In this document: piece after piece, positions 41,086 to 57,322 of the stretch
Position numbering within the stretch: the stretch's first letter is position 1
Layout of the letters: each line of letters starts with the position of its first letter
DNA from: Octopus vulgaris
Lineage: Eukaryota
Reading direction: 5' to 3'
Length of the DNA stretch: 64,000 nt
Assembly (NCBI GenBank): GCA_951406725.2
Contig: OX597821.1
Coordinates: 79,174,001-79,238,000, forward strand
Translations under genes and position numbers: made by a program
Notes under the pieces: generated by a model
The model's input: the letters and a program-made list of their open reading frames with translations, nothing else
What the model was told of the DNA's origin: nothing
The model's database searches: none

Positions 41086-41587
41086 CTGTAACAGAAAATA
41101 TATTTTAAAGGTGAGATTATAAAAGTGTTGCATAATATATTATGGTTAAACGAATACCTGTTGTAAAAAAAAAAACACTGACGAAGATAATACTGAGCTT
41201 GCTATAGAAGGTACAAGCATCTGTGAAGTTCATGATATTGATGAGAGTGATGATGAATATTAAGAGGGTGATCATGAAGAATTGAAAATATAAATCTGGT
41301 GAAAATTGTATGTGAAAATCGCGACATTGGAAAGAATAGAAATAAAAAGAGCTCCGTGAAAAATTGAATACAAAGATGAGAAGAAAGAGGATGAAGTGAC
41401 GCGGGACTGGAATAGAAAATCAAAACGAAGAGAAACAACATCAAAAGGCAGAAGAAAAGTAAAATGAGTAGAATTGAGAAGTCGAATATGTTGAATAAAA
41501 ATGCGAGAAATGGGATGAAGCAAAGAAAAAACAGTAAACGAAGAAGAAGAAGAATATGAAAAAGATGACGATGATGAAAGAGAAGAA

Positions 41588-41658
<71 letters not shown>

Positions 41659-42736
41659 ATGGTAGTAGTAGAAGAAGAAGAAAAAGAAGAAGAACGACAA
41701 CAGCAACAACAATAGCAACAACAAGAAGAGAAAAGTAGGGGATGAAGAAGAGCACAGGATGGATGTAGAAGAATGAGACAAACAGACACACCCACAAGAA
41801 TATATGTGTGCATATACAAAGAGAGAAAGAGAGAGAGGATAGTTGGAGGTGAGTAAGGAGTAGAGACCAAAATCGGAAGGGGTTCCTGCTGATGATTTCT
41901 TTGGCTACTCGACCCTAAAAAGGAACTGAAGATGTAGCGAACGAGGAAAAGTTGTTGGGTTTCCTGTTTAAGTGATGAGGGCTGATATACACACAAACAT
42001 ACACATGTCAATGCGAATGCCCATTCATCCACAAAGATATGTTTAGCCAGAGGAGAATAAGAAGGATTCGGGCAGAGATTGAGAGACAGAAGGTAAGGGG
42101 TTTGGTGACAAAATTGTTAAGGCTCATACGAAATACTAATCAAGTAGCAAAGATGATAAATGCGAAGAAAACGAAAGAAGAATAAAGCTAGAAGCTGAAG
42201 ACGAAGAAGAAGAAGAAGAAGAAGAAGAAGAAGAAGAAGAAGAAGAAGACGAAGAAGAAGAAGAAGAAGAAGAAGAAGAAGAAGAAGAAGAAGAAGAAGA
42301 AGAAGAAGAAGAAGAAGAAGAAGAAGAAGAAGAAGAAGAAGAAGGAAAAAGAAAGAGGAGGAGATAAGAAGAAAAAGGAGAAGAAGAAGAAGAAGGAAAA
42401 AGACCTGGACGAAGTAGATGTAAGGCCTTCGATCGCACAAATTTTTCTCCTCAATTTGCACACTTGCATATATTTATTATCTGAGGAACAGGTTCTTACT
42501 CATATTCACACATATTAACATAGAAAATCACACTCTTTGGACAAAGACAGGCTTTACACATACATCTCAAATATCACATAACTAAAAAATGAGCACACAC
42601 TCACACACATACATATTCACGAACAATAAAACACATTTGGAAAGGTGAGAGAGCTTACAATGAAGGATGAGAAAATAGTACAGATTTAGAAATATATCAT
42701 CAACGAAATAGTATAAGAAAGGATGATTTCACTTAC

Positions 42737-42808
42737 AGATTTGTTAAACTGGGCAGATTTCGGAAGGTGTCCGCATTGATTTCCTTCATATCATTATTAG
42801 TCAAGTAT
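42737..42808 (-). CDS. LRR exon, class B: YLTNNDMKEINADTFRNLPSLTN(L)
   Basis: 72 nt, cag/GTAAGT; same peptide ends ORF 42733..43080. Confidence 0.92.
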
Positions 42809-43138
42809 CTGGAAGAAAATATTGAGTTAAGAAGGAATTGTAAGGAATATATTAGTGACAGAAGCTTGTTTTGCCGGATCTTTTCGGTTTGAACGGCAGT
42901 TTGTATCATAATTTCTAGGTAACATATTTCGTCTTTAATTTCTAGCATTTCGGCAATTTTAACCAATCGATTACCTCCATTTACGTAAACAACATTCTGT
43001 ACTGTCTTAATATGTCCCTGTTTAAGAAACAGATAGAGTGTATTTACATTTGTGAAGAAAAAAAGATACCCTTCCCCCACGTCTAACCCTAACCGTAACT
43101 AACCCAAAATCTAACCCCAAAAGGAAAAAATAATATAC

Positions 43139-43189
<51 letters not shown>

Positions 43190-43362
43190 CATATATATCT
43201 GTAAAATAATATATGACAATCATTCAATAGCCATCTGAAACTCAGAGTTTTATCTTGGTCATTGAATAATTGTCACATATTATTTTACAGATAAATTTCC
43301 TCTATGTACATAATATTGAGGTCTCTTTCTTTCTTTTGTTATCTTACCGTTTTACCAATAAA

Positions 43363-43470
<108 letters not shown>

Positions 43471-43485
43471 TGTACGTATGTGTGC

Positions 43486-43526
<41 letters not shown>

Positions 43527-43689
43527 GATAAATATCAAAGTGAGTTATATACAGTAGCGGTAACACATGGTAGCGTATATTTGCCATTTCAATATGGCTA
43601 ACCCCTAAGGGTGGATGCTACTGTAGTTTTTAGCCCCAGGAGGACACACTCCTCCAGCTGGCCATAGACACACTTTCTGTGTCCTGTCA

Positions 43690-43732
<43 letters not shown>

Positions 43733-44033
43733 AACCTGGACTCAAGAGTCATCTTCGTAGTCATAAAGTGAGACAGATGAGTGACAACCTGTCCACTATG
43801 GATGGTGTTACACACCACACTAATCATATCTGTCAGGCATGTGGGAGGAGGACATAAACGATATGCAAAGGTACATGAAGCCCAGTTACAACTACAGCCG
43901 GCTATTACCGGTAAAGGTTTTAGCTTCCAATTCTGTACAACACATTGTAGATCTTTAGCTTGGCTAAAAAGTCACATTCAATCACAGCACCAATAAACTT
44001 CGTGCAATGACCATACTCGGTAACGAAGGGGCA

Positions 44034-44116
<83 letters not shown>

Positions 44117-44559
44117 TGTGTGTGTGTATGTGTGTTTCAGTAAATGGCGGGATTAACCGCAGGTGGATAAATGATAGGAAAGGAAAAAAATAATAATAAG
44201 GCAGAATGCTAAACTGAAAGCAGATTTTAATATAAATGTGTGTAAGATAGATTAAAAAGGATTTCAAAACGTCTCTCATTGCATGGCAAATATTCAAGAT
44301 ATGAAAGGGAGAAGAAAATATTTTTTTTCAAAAAAAGTAATAAATATATACAAAAATAAATAAATATACAAATACATCATAGTGTCTTTAAGCTTTTAAA
44401 GTTCAATAGAATTCCATGGTAAAACGTGTTTCAAGGATTAGGATGCATGTGTTTCAGTGTAGTGTTTTGTTCGAGAAGGTTGGATGTGTGAAACAAGAAA
44501 TGTGGTGGGAGTTATCCAGTGAGACAGAGTGGAGTAAAACAGGCACCACCGCTATCACA

Positions 44560-45960
44560 CACGCATAAAATGAAAACTAAAATAATAAATCTATAATAAA
44601 ACCCTTACACCAGCCCAAATTATCATCCTAGCCAGAGGCTTGAAATTCACACCCACCCCAAGAACACCCAATTCCACAGAGATCAAGAATCACATTTTAT
44701 AATTTTGCTGAAAGCTTCGTTTAAAAGAAGCTTTTACAGACCTCAACAATCAGGACGATTCAACTGTTAAAAACAAAAGCAACTACCTACCACCCAAAGG
44801 AAGAAATAAAGTACTGACGAGTTTTGCAACCACATCCAGAGTTTCCATTTTACCTCACCCAAAACCAAGGTTAAGTCCAACTTTAATAACAACGAATGGA
44901 AAAACCTAAGAGACCTACAACAGGACAAAAGCCTTACTATCAAAGACGCCGACAAAGGCAGTACTGCAGTCCTTATGGACACAGAATTTAACAAACACCT
45001 AGTGCTCTCCTTACTAAACAACAATTCTTTGTATAAAAAATCACTAACTATAAACAACAAATTTCACTCAAAAACCTCACCACTCTTATACTCCAACACA
45101 GTCAAAGGCTCACGGAAAATGAAAAGAATTACATCATAAATTCAAATGGAAGCCCAGCCTCCCTAAAGTCCGTAAAAACAGATCCATCACCGAAGCCTGC
45201 AAACTCTGACATCCACATCTACATCAAGGGACCGGAAGACTTAAAACTAAGACCCATTATAACTGGCGAAATACACTGCTTAAGCAAATTCTTGGAATGC
45301 AATAGAAACCTTTCCTCAGTCACATCGAAAGTTTCATTAGAGATGATCTTGACATGCTCAAGCACCTCCCGAAAACAACCAACGAGGAGGCATTCTAAGT
45401 TTCCTTTGGTGTTATCAACCTCTATACCAACATCCCACATGAATATGGTGTTGAAGCAATGGATTTCTGGCTGGAGAAACACCCAGAAGCATTTCCTAAC
45501 CGCATTAGTAAGACCTTCATTACGGAATCACTCAAGTTCATTCTGACAAACAATTACTTCCTGTTCGAAAACACACACTACCGTCAAAAATGTGGTATCG
45601 TGATGTGTACCGAAGCTGCACCAGTCCTTGCGAACCTCTTTGAACTATCCCTTTATGAGAAATCACACCAGAAATTTGGACAACTTTTCCACATCTACTT
45701 AATGGAAAACTGGAAAAGATACCTAGATGATTGTTTCATCATATGGAAAGAATCTTATAAAAAACTTCTGGAATTCAAAGCCACATTTAACAACATACAT
45801 CCCAAAATTTAATACACAATGAAATTCAGCAAACTTCAACTCCCTTTTCTTGATCTCCTAAATATAAAAACACCTAACAACCAAATCACAACCGACATCT
45901 CCCAAAAACCTACAGACTCACAACGATACCTCCCCTTCAGCTCATGCCACCCAAAACACA
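44560..45960 (+). mobile_element. Second Penelope-like retroelement, decayed RT
   Basis: LARGLKFTPTP, KDADKG, LYTNIPH, NNYFLFENTHYRQ, WKRYLDD and YLPFSSCHPKH, with stops and frameshifts. Confidence 0.88.
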
Positions 45961-46440
45961 GAAATTTCTAAAAAATTCCGTTATTATCATATCGGACCCA
46001 ATTTCAGAGTTAATTCATAAGAACCTTCTCTTCGTCAATGATGAATGTCGGCTTTCTTCGAGATGCATACTTATAGTAATAAATTATATGATCATGGACG
46101 ATGTGTCTAGTTTCGGCATATTTGGCATTAGAATTTTTTTTTATTTTGCCCTTGTTTATAAGTTGTTTATAAATTTAAGCTTTAAAGGTATATCTTAATA
46201 TGCCGGCCATTGATAAAATATTTTTCGAAAAAAATTTATCCTTTATTAGATATAAATTTAGTAGCGTTCACTTCCGGACTCTCTCACTCTATGAGAGTTT
46301 TCAGTTAGAATCGCACCTGTCTCGAATGGGCTGGAGAATTTCTATTTTGGATATATTTGGGGTACTTGATTGTGCTCATGACTTAGTGTTTGCTTCTTCC
46401 ATGGGTATGAGTAAGTATTTCATTTATTTCTTTTGTCGCA

Positions 46441-46505
46441 TTTATCACTGATGAAGAGAAGGTTCTTATGAATTTACTCAGAAATCGGGTCCGATATAAT
46501 AATAA
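46441..46505 (+). ncRNA. Hammerhead-like motif (inverted, core-mutated copy at about 45980-46045)
   Basis: tttatca-CTGATGA-agag...ctca-GAAA-tcgg gt ccga-TA; imperfect stems. Confidence 0.45.
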
Positions 46506-46651
46506 AGGAATTTTTTAGTAATTTCTGTCGGCTTTCTTCGAGACGCGTGCTTATAGTGATAAATTATATGGTAATTAATGGACGATGTGTCTAGTTTCGG
46601 CATATTTGGCATTAGAAATTTTTTTTATTTTGCCCTTGTTTTGTTTATAAG

Positions 46652-46709
<58 letters not shown>

Positions 46710-46925
46710 GAACTACTATTGAAATTTAGATAATTTACATATCATGTACAGGACCATTTTTACCACTTCTATACACCACTTTCTGAAATTAATGTAACTG
46801 CAACTACAATATCTTTATATATTTTGTATTTTTATTTCTACTTTCATTCACTTCTTTCCCTCTATGTTCATTATCTCCTCCTTTTCCACAATCAATAACT
46901 ACCTCTATTTAATCATCTCACATCC

Positions 46926-46971
46926 TCTCTGATGAAGGGATATGCATAGTATCCCAGAAACAGCTGTAAGA
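46926..46971 (+). ncRNA. Minimal Penelope-type hammerhead motif
   Basis: tct-CTGATGA-agggata...tatccca-GAAA-cagctg-TA-aga; palindromic stem III. Confidence 0.6.
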
Positions 46972-47045
46972 CTGAATATATATTTTATCCTTTATAAATG
47001 TCTTGAAAACACCTCAGCCTTGACTTTGTTATCTCATTTTGTTTA

Positions 47046-47080
<35 letters not shown>

Positions 47081-47377
47081 GTGTGTGTGTGTGGTGTGTG
47101 TGTGTGTGTACATAAACACATTTCAACAATTTTCTTTTTAATCGTCACACACTTATATTTACATTTCTGGGGAGTATCCTCAGTCACATTCACGCTTATT
47201 AAAATAAAAGTTGACCCCCACCCACCCAAATAACAAAAAAACAGAACCGAAAACATTTTATTAAATCATACAAAGGTTCAGCAAATTTTATGAAATTTGC
47301 TGAAATTAAACATCGGTCTGTGTACGATCCTATCATTTCCATAAAAATCGTCTTCTTTTCTAGATATGCTCCAAATA

Positions 47378-47825
47378 GGCGCAGGAGTGGCTGTGTGGTA
47401 AGTAGCTTGTTTACCAACCACATGGTTCCGGGTTCAGTCCCACTGCGTTGCACCTTGGGCAAGTGTCTTCTACTATAGCCTCGGGCCGACCAAAGCCTTG
47501 TGAGTGGATTTGGTAGACGGAAACTGAAAGAAGCCCATGGTATATATGTATGTATATATATATATATATATAAGTGTGTGTGTGTGTGTGTGCCTGTATG
47601 TTTGTGTGTCTGTGTTTGTCCCCCTAGCATTGCTTGACAACCGATGCTGGTGTGTTTATGTCCCCGTCACTTAGCGGTTCGGCAAAAGAGACCGATAGAA
47701 TATGTACTGGCCTTACAAAGAATAAGTCCCGGGGTTGAGTTGCTCGATTAAAGGCAGTGCTCCAACATGGCCGCAGTCAAATGACTGAAACAAGTAAAAG
47801 AGTAAAGAGTAAAGAGTAAAGAGTA
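47378..47825 (+). mobile_element. tRNA-derived SINE nested in the Tc1/mariner relic
   Basis: Same family as 40333-40767; (GAGTAAA)n tail. Confidence 0.85.
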
Positions 47826-48453
47826 TTACGCAGCGCAAAATTCTCAATTCCTCGAATGCATTCCTCTTTGGTTATTTCCCATATTTTTGCTGCGTTTGCT
47901 TCGTTCAGACCATCAATCATTTCAGGCTTGTTTTGGCAAACATGTTCCTTCAGATACCCACACTAATAAAAATCTGGGTAGGGTCCAAAAACAGTGAATG
48001 CGGTAACCTCTCAACGTCACGCTTCCTACAGTCTCTCCGGAAGTCGCTCTCTCATCCCGGCTTGTGAGTCATTTGTTGCGTGGTGGTTGGCCCCATTGTG
48101 CTGAAACCACAGTTCATCTCGATCTGTTCCTCTGCGTTGCTTTATTTAAACAGTTTTATTCAAAGTTTTGTGAGATCTGATTTTCGTTTTGGTCACCCTG
48201 TGGAAAACATACACTTTGGACAGAGATAGATTTTCCGCATACATAAAGACAAACATATGCATGTACCAGATAGTTCCCGTGAACTATAACATCGTCATAT
48301 ATCCTACATCTAAGAAATGGGCACACACTCACACAAACAATGATTTCCAAACAATAAAACGCAACTGTAGAAAGGCGGGTGGGCTAGCTTCAAATGAAGG
48401 ATTTCGAAACACAACGCCGATCACATCCTATAAAAATAAATTATTCTACTTAC

Positions 48454-48525
48454 AGAGTTGCTAAACTGGACAGACCTCGGAAGATTTCGGCCTTGATGGC
48501 CCGCATATCATTTGAACTTAAATTC
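48454..48525 (-). CDS. LRR exon, class C: NLSSNDMRAIKAEIFRGLSSLAT(L)
   Basis: 72 nt, cag/GTAAGT, no stop. Confidence 0.92.
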
Positions 48526-48693
48526 CTGGAACATAAAATTCAGGTAATAAGCAATTATATAGAACATATTTGTGGCAGAATTAGGCTAAGCAATGAAATG
48601 ATGGAAGCGATGGGAATCAGAAAAAGATGGTGTTTAGTTCCATAAGGTTCAGGGCACCGATGATGATATTGATGATTATGATGATCATGTTGT

Positions 48694-48736
<43 letters not shown>

Positions 48737-49269
48737 AAAGATAGTAATAATGATGATAATGAGGGGTGGAGTCGAAGTATGATGGTAGCAATAGATTTGA
48801 TAGTAGACCTTGTGGCAGGAATGAACATGATGATGGGAGAGAGGGGAAGTGTCTAATGTGTGTAGTGATGATGATGATATCGGTGATTTTGTTAATGTTG
48901 ATTATTCTGTTATTGATGGGGTTTAGCATTTCTATGGTGATTCTGAACATGACATTGATGACAATGATGTTAATGTTGGCGATGGTGATACATGTGTTGA
49001 AAATTCTTCATGTGATGGAAGCATTTTGCGTTGAGGATGAAGAGGCAATGATGAATTTGATGATGTTTATGAAGGAGAAATTTAACAACGAAAATGCGAA
49101 AGATGACGGTGATGAGGACATGGACGAGAACGTCGACAATTTCCGGGCCGGATGTGTTTGCGGCTTACACAGCCTATAATTTAGTGGAAAAGGAAATCTG
49201 GCGATTGATAAATAAGTGATGCAATATGAAGAAATCATAGGAAAAACATTGTGAAAATCAAGGAAAAGA

Positions 49270-50120
49270 AAGACGAAGAAGAAGAAGAAGAAGAAGAAGA
49301 AGAAGAAGAAGAAGAAGAAGAAGAAGAAGAAGAACAACAACAACAACAAGAAAGAAGAAGAAGTGGAAGAAGAAGAAGAAGAAAAGAAGAAGAAGAAGAA
49401 GAAGAAGAAGAAGAAGAAGAAGAAGAAGAAGAAGAAGAACAAGAAGAAGAAAGAAGAAGAAGAAGAAGAAGAAGAAGAAGAAGAAGAAGAAGAAAGAAAG
49501 AAGAAGAAAAAGAAGAAGGAAAAGAAGAAGAAGAAGAAGAAGAAGAAGAAGAACGAAAAAGAAGAAGAAGAAGAGGAAGAAAACGAAGAAGAAGAAGAAG
49601 AAGAAGAAGAAGAAAGAAGAAGAACAACAACAACAAGAAGAAGAAGAAGTGGAAGAAGAAGAAGAAGAAGAAGAAGAAGAAAGAAGAAGAAGAAGAAGAA
49701 GAAAAGAAGAAAGAAGAAGAAGAAGAAGAAGAAGAAGAAGAAGAAGAAGAAAGAAGAAGAAGAAGAAGAAGAAAAAAAGAAGGAAGAAGAAGAAGAAGAA
49801 GAAGAAAACGAAAAAGAAGAAGAAGAAGAGAAGAAAACGAAGAAGAAGAAGAAGAAGAAGAAGAAGAAGAAAGAAGAAGAACAACAACAACAAGAAAGAA
49901 GAAGAAGAAGAAGAAGAAGAAGAAGAAGAAGAAGAAGAAGAAGAAGAAGAAGAAGAAGAAGAAGAAGAAGAAGAAGAAGAAGAAAGAAGAAGAAGAAGAA
50001 GAAGAAGAAGAAGAAGAAGAAAAGAGAAGAAGGAGAAGAAGAAGAAGAAGAAGAAGAAGAAGAAGAAGAAGAAGAAGAAGAAGAAGAAGAAGAAGAAGAA
50101 GAAGAAGAAGAAGAAGAAAA
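49270..50120. repeat. Long imperfect (GAA)n tract, one of many on the + strand
   Basis: Directly visible. Confidence 0.95.
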
Positions 50121-50599
50121 GTAGATGAAGAACACGGAATTGATGATGTTGGAAAAGTGGATGGAGATAAAATGAAGTTGGAGAAAGAGAATGTGGAGGT
50201 GAATAGATTAAAAAGAAGAGAAAACGTAGAAAATTGCGATGAAGAAGTTGAAGAGGATTATGCTGAAGGGTGAGAAAGAAGAGGATGAAAATATAAGGAA
50301 TGAGAGTATAAAGAAGGAAAAACAGAAGACGACGGAGTCGAAGAAGAATAAACACGAAAAGAAAATAAAGAAATAGATGGAGAAGAAGAAAAAGAATGAC
50401 TAGAAGAAGACGAAGATGGAGACGAAGAAGAATATGACGAAGACGAAGATCTAGAACCGGATGAAGAAATAGTAAAATAGTAGAAAAAGAAGAGAAACAA
50501 GGATGAGGGGGATACAGCGGCAGCAGCAGCAGAAGGTGAAGACAAATTAGAAGAATAAGATGAAGAAAAAAGAGGAGTAAGAGAAGAAGGAAAGAAAGC

Positions 50600-51270
<671 letters not shown>

Positions 51271-51325
51271 ATATAAATGATAAAATTAAAGAATATCAGC
51301 AACAACATCAACAGCGTGAATGACA

Positions 51326-51369
<44 letters not shown>

Positions 51370-51661
51370 TTTGTTATTGTCATCGATACTGTTGTGGTTG
51401 TAGTAACAGCAATGTCTGTAGATGTAAAGGAATTCCCGTTCGAGTGGATAAGTAGAACAAGCAGTTTGAGAGGAACACAAAATATTATTCATGACAACAC
51501 ATGTTCATATTGACGCACACAAGGATACACATATTTACAGACACGAACAATCACACATCTCTATCAAAACACATTGGTGTGGCGAATATGAATGGGGATA
51601 TTTTGAATATTTAGTGATATATTGTCAATAAAATTTTACGAACAAGACATATCCAACTTAC

Positions 51662-51733
51662 AGAGATTTTAAACTGGGCAGATCATGCAAAGCTCTTACT
51701 TCGATCGTTTCAATATTGTTATTTTGCAAATAT
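51662..51733 (-). CDS. LRR exon, class A: YLQNNNIETIEVRALHDLPSLKS(L)
   Basis: 72 nt, cag/GTAAGT, no stop. Confidence 0.92.
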
Positions 51734-52344
51734 CTGTAACATAAAATATATTTTCATAGGTGAAATTCATAGAACTGTTGTATAACATAAAATATTATGG
51801 CTAAACGAATACTTGCTGGAAGTAAAAGTCCTTGATGATGAATATATTGATGGAGATAATAGTGACGTTGCTCTAAATGGTGCAAATATTTGTGAGATTG
51901 ACAATATTAATAATAGTGATGATTAATATGAAAAATGAGATCATGAAGAATTGAAAATATAAACAGTGGTGAAGAATGTATGTGAACATTTCGACAACGT
52001 AATGAATAAAAAGGAAAAGAGCTTTGAGAAAAATTGAAGTGATTAGGAAAATAAAATGAAGAGAAGAAAGAGGGAGATGTGACGAGAGACTGGAGTAGAA
52101 GATCAAAACAAAAGAGAAACATCAAGATACAGGAGAAAAGTAAAAGGAGTAGCAATGAGAAGTGGAATATGTAAAATACAAATGCGAGAAATCGGATGAA
52201 ACAAAGAAGAAATGGAAAACGAAGAAGATTATGAAGAATAGCATAAAATGTTGTGTAAAGGATGATGATGATGATGATGCAAAAGAAGAACAAGAGGAAG
52301 AACAAAGAGAAGAATAAGAAGCGGCAGGTAAAGAAAAAATATGA

Positions 52345-52823
<479 letters not shown>

Positions 52824-53485
52824 TTAAAGAAGATGAAGAAGAATATGATGGCTAAAGTTACAAGAAGAAAATGAAGAAGGAAAAGAAAGGAGGAAGAAGA
52901 AATGATGTTGATGACGTAAGAAAAGAAGTTAGAAATTTTGTGATCAGATTTAATGGCGGCGATAAAGACGCGAAAGACAGGAAACTTATATAACATAAAA
53001 ATGGTTTAAAACAGAGATGGAACTTTCAAAGAAAGAAAGAATAAATGGAGAAGACGGATGATCCGGTGATTAAAGGGGAAATAAATATGAATAATGAAGA
53101 CATAAATACAATAAGAAAGGACAATCATTGTTGATGATATTCGTTGATATTTATAGAAACGTACAGAGACACGGAAAGAGACAGATCGGCGACACACTGA
53201 CACACTCACAAACAAACAAGAATATGTATGTGTGAGTATATTAAGAGAGAAAGAAGAAGTAAAAGAGGGTCAAGGAAAAGGAGAAGAGGTAGATGAGGAG
53301 GAAGACAAAGACAAGATGCTACCAGAAGGAGAGGAGCAGATGAGGGGGAGAAAAGTAATCGAAGAAAAAGGGAACGAGAAGAAAGTCGAAGAACCATAGA
53401 AGCACAAACACACAAAATAGACATATCCCGGCATTCTCAAACAAACACACAAAAATGTATCCTCTGTGTGGAAAGTCTGGCAGCA

Positions 53486-53970
53486 TACACGTTACCATAT
53501 GTCAGGTGCATACAGTTGACAACACAGTTAATTAAGATTTATTCGGTGAGTTCTATTCAACACATGTTTACACGTGGAATTAGAAGAATCATTATTAACT
53601 TTAGATGGTTCGCAGGCGAGGTGAACAAATTAGTGAGAGAGATAGACTGGCAATACTTCTACGCTACCAGCAAATTAAAGATGGGGTCGCAAATGAAACA
53701 ATGAGTGATCTTTGCAATGCCTTTCAAATAGACCGCAATATACCAGCGCGAATTTATAAAAATGCAACTCTTCGTGGAACAATACAGCCAAAAGAGCGTT
53801 TCTGGGCGACCAAGCCTTGTCAAAAATGCTGCTATGCAAGAAAGAATGGTCAATGCTATTTGTGAAAGGCATGCTGCAACCAGTAGACAACTTGGTAGAG
53901 GATTGGGATGCTCTAACCGTACAACAAACATAATGAGGCATATTCTAAAATGTTGTGCTCAAGGCCGTGT
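53486..53970 (+). mobile_element. Tc1-like transposase N-terminal (HTH) fragment
   Basis: ORFs 53605..53865 and 53762..54067 join by a frameshift into ISERDRLAIL...SGRPS...ATSRQLGRGLG, resembling the paired HTH and GRP linker. Confidence 0.5.
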
Positions 53971-54009
53971 GAGTATATATGTGTGTGTGTATGTGTGTGT
54001 ATACAGTGA

Positions 54010-54055
<46 letters not shown>

Positions 54056-54382
54056 GGTTGGATCTGAGGACTAGGGACCGAAATTGGATGTGATTCGTGC
54101 TAATGATTCCCTTGGTCACTCGTTTCTATAATGGTGCTGATGATGTAGCGAACCAGGAAAAGTTGTAGGGTTTCATGTTGAAATGATGAGGGCTGGCACA
54201 CTCACAAACATACTCATATCAACATGAATGCCCATTCATCCACACTAAGATATGTGCATAAACACATCCTTAGCCAAAGAGGAATAAGATGGATTTAGGT
54301 AGAAATTGAGAGACAGAAATTAAGGAGTGTGGAGACAAAATTCTTAAATCGTTGATATTTATACACACACAAAGAGAAACAT

Positions 54383-54417
<35 letters not shown>

Positions 54418-54984
54418 GAAACATACAAAAATATGTGTGTGTGTATATATACAAAAAGAGAGTGAAGAAGATAAAAAAGAAGTAAAAGATGATCAAGGGA
54501 AAGAAGACGTAGATGAAGAAAAGTAGCAATCAGAAGAAGGAAAAAGGAAGAACAAAAACAGCAACAACAAAACCAAGAATAAGTAGAAGTAAGGTCTATC
54601 ATGGTAATCAGTGATGATGGAGACGTAATCATCGCACGAATATTTCTCCTCAATTGTCACACTTTCATATATTTATCTGCGGAACAGACTCTCATTCACA
54701 CTCAAACATATTAATATACAAAATGACACACTTTGGACAGAGCCAGACTTTACACATGCACAGAGACATGCACAAGCATACACAATAAATGTTTCGCCTG
54801 AACTATCACGCTCTCATATATCACATAAGAAAGAAATGGTCACACACCCACACACATAATCGCAAACAATGGAACACATCTTCCGAAAGAGGGCTGACGG
54901 AGCTTACAATGAAGGATGGGAAGATATTACAGATTTAGGAGTTCATCGTCAACGAAATAGTATAAGAAAGAAGGTTTCACTTAC

Positions 54985-55056
54985 AGATTTGTTAAACTGG
55001 ACAGATTTCGGAAAGTGTCTGCTTCGATTTCGTTCATACCATTCAATGTCAAGTAT
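54985..55056 (-). CDS. LRR exon, class B: YLTLNGMNEIEADTFRNLSSLTN(L)
   Basis: 72 nt, cag/GTAAGT, no stop. Confidence 0.92.
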
Positions 55057-56052
55057 CTGGAAAACAATATTGGATTAAGAAGGAATTGTGTAGAACATAT
55101 TTGTCTAAACAATTAGAGGATGGTAGGCGTGGAATGTAGATCGCGATTATGATTTATTCCATAAAGTTCATAGCATCGATGATGATGTTGATGTTGATAA
55201 TTGTAATGATGATGAAGAGGAGGAGGTGGATTTTGGGGGGTTAGATTTAATAGTGGATGATATGGTAGTGAGGAATATGTTTATGAGACACAGGAGAAGA
55301 ATACATGGTTTGTAGTGATGATGACGAAGATGTTAAGATGCTGATGATGGAGGTGATGATGTTAATGTTGATTATTCTCATAACAATTGGAATTAGCACA
55401 TCTCTGATGATGCTGAATATGTTATTGTTTATGATGTAGGTGGGAATGGTAACGTTGGTGATGATGATAATTTTTTTAAGATTCTGCAACTGATGGGAGT
55501 ATTTTGTGGTAAAGAATGATGTTGATGAAGAAGGGGACCGGTTTGTTTATGATTGAGAAAGGTAAGAACGAAAAAGTGAAGGACGATATGATTAGAATAT
55601 AGACGAGCAGGTAAGAATGTTTGTCGGCAATCGTGATTGAGATTTATATCCACCGAACCGAGATTGAAGACAATTGAGAGAGTAACGAGAAAATGAGAAG
55701 AGATATTGAGAAATAGAAAGGGAAATTCACGTAAGTGGAACAAAAATGATACGAAAAAGAAGTGAAAGAAGAGAAGGAGAAAACGAAGAAGAAGAAGAAG
55801 AAGAAGAAGAAGAAGAAGAAGGAGAAGAAGAAGAAGAAGAAGAAGAAGAAGGAGGAGGAGGAGGAGGAGAAAATTGAAGATCACCAACAACAACCAGAAT
55901 ATATAGAAGATGTAAAACTCCTTATGATAATCAAAGGAGGTAGAGACGTAAACTAATTCATGATATACAGAGTGAACTACACATAGATTTTGATATACTC
56001 GCATGCAGATATTCATAAATAAACAGACAGACATTTACATGCACACACACAT

Positions 56053-56236
<184 letters not shown>

Positions 56237-56265
56237 ATAGATAGATTTTATGTCAACAGAGGAAT

Positions 56266-56312
<47 letters not shown>

Positions 56313-57250
56313 ATATATATATATATATATACACATCAACACGTTTCAACCAATTTTTCTTTTTAATTGTCACACACTTTTATACTTCAGATTAAAGGAG
56401 AAGTTACTCATTAACATTCACACTCATTAACATAGTGAGTGACACCCAAAAAACAGAACCCATAAAAATGTTATTAAATCCTACAAAGTTCCAGCAAATC
56501 TCAGAACATATACTTCGGTCCGTGTACGATCATTCCCTTTGCACAGCAGACATGTTCTCTTTAAAATATGCTCTAAATGACATACGCCTCGCAATCACTT
56601 GCATATGTCGCGTAAAATTGTCAATTGCTCAATTGCATTCCTCTTTAGAGATTTCCCAGATTTCTGCTGTGATTGCTGTCTTCAGTTCACCAGTTGTCTG
56701 AGGGTTGTTCTGGTAAACATTATACTTAAAATGATAGAAATGTGGGTGGGGGTCAAGAACGGTGAATTCATTGCCCACCCAATGTCACACTTGCTGTTAA
56801 TCAGTCCCTCCTGAAATCGCACTCTCGGCCGAGCTAGCGAGACATGTAATTGTGGTGGTATCCTCGTCATGCTGAGACCACTGTTTATCTCGATCTATCA
56901 TTCTGCGTAGTTTTATGCAAACATGTTTATTCAAAAGATTTGTGAGGTCTGTTTTTTTTTTTTTTTCTGGTCACCCTGTAGAAAACATACATTTTCAACA
57001 GAGATAGATTTTCTGCATACACAGAGACATACATATGCATGCCCCAGATGGTTCCGCTGAGCTATTACAAAGTCATATGTCCCATATCTAAGTTATAGGC
57101 ACGCACTCGCACACACACACGTATTGGAAAATAATAAAACACATCGTTGGAAGGTCAGTTGAGGGAGATTCATATGAATGATGGAACGGTATTACGGATT
57201 TAGAAATATAACGTCGATGAAATCCTATGAAATAAGCTCATTCTACTTAC

Positions 57251-57322
57251 AGAGTTGTTAAACTGGACAGATTTCGGAAGATGTCGGCTTTGATTGCTGT
57301 AATATCATTTGACGTTAAATTC
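57251..57322 (-). CDS. LRR exon, class C: NLTSNDITAIKADIFRNLSSLTT(L)
   Basis: 72 nt, cag/GTAAGT, no stop. Confidence 0.92.

Noticed and set aside
43075-43120. Telomere-like ctaaccctaacc motif
   Set aside because: Only two or three imperfect units inside an interspersed repeat
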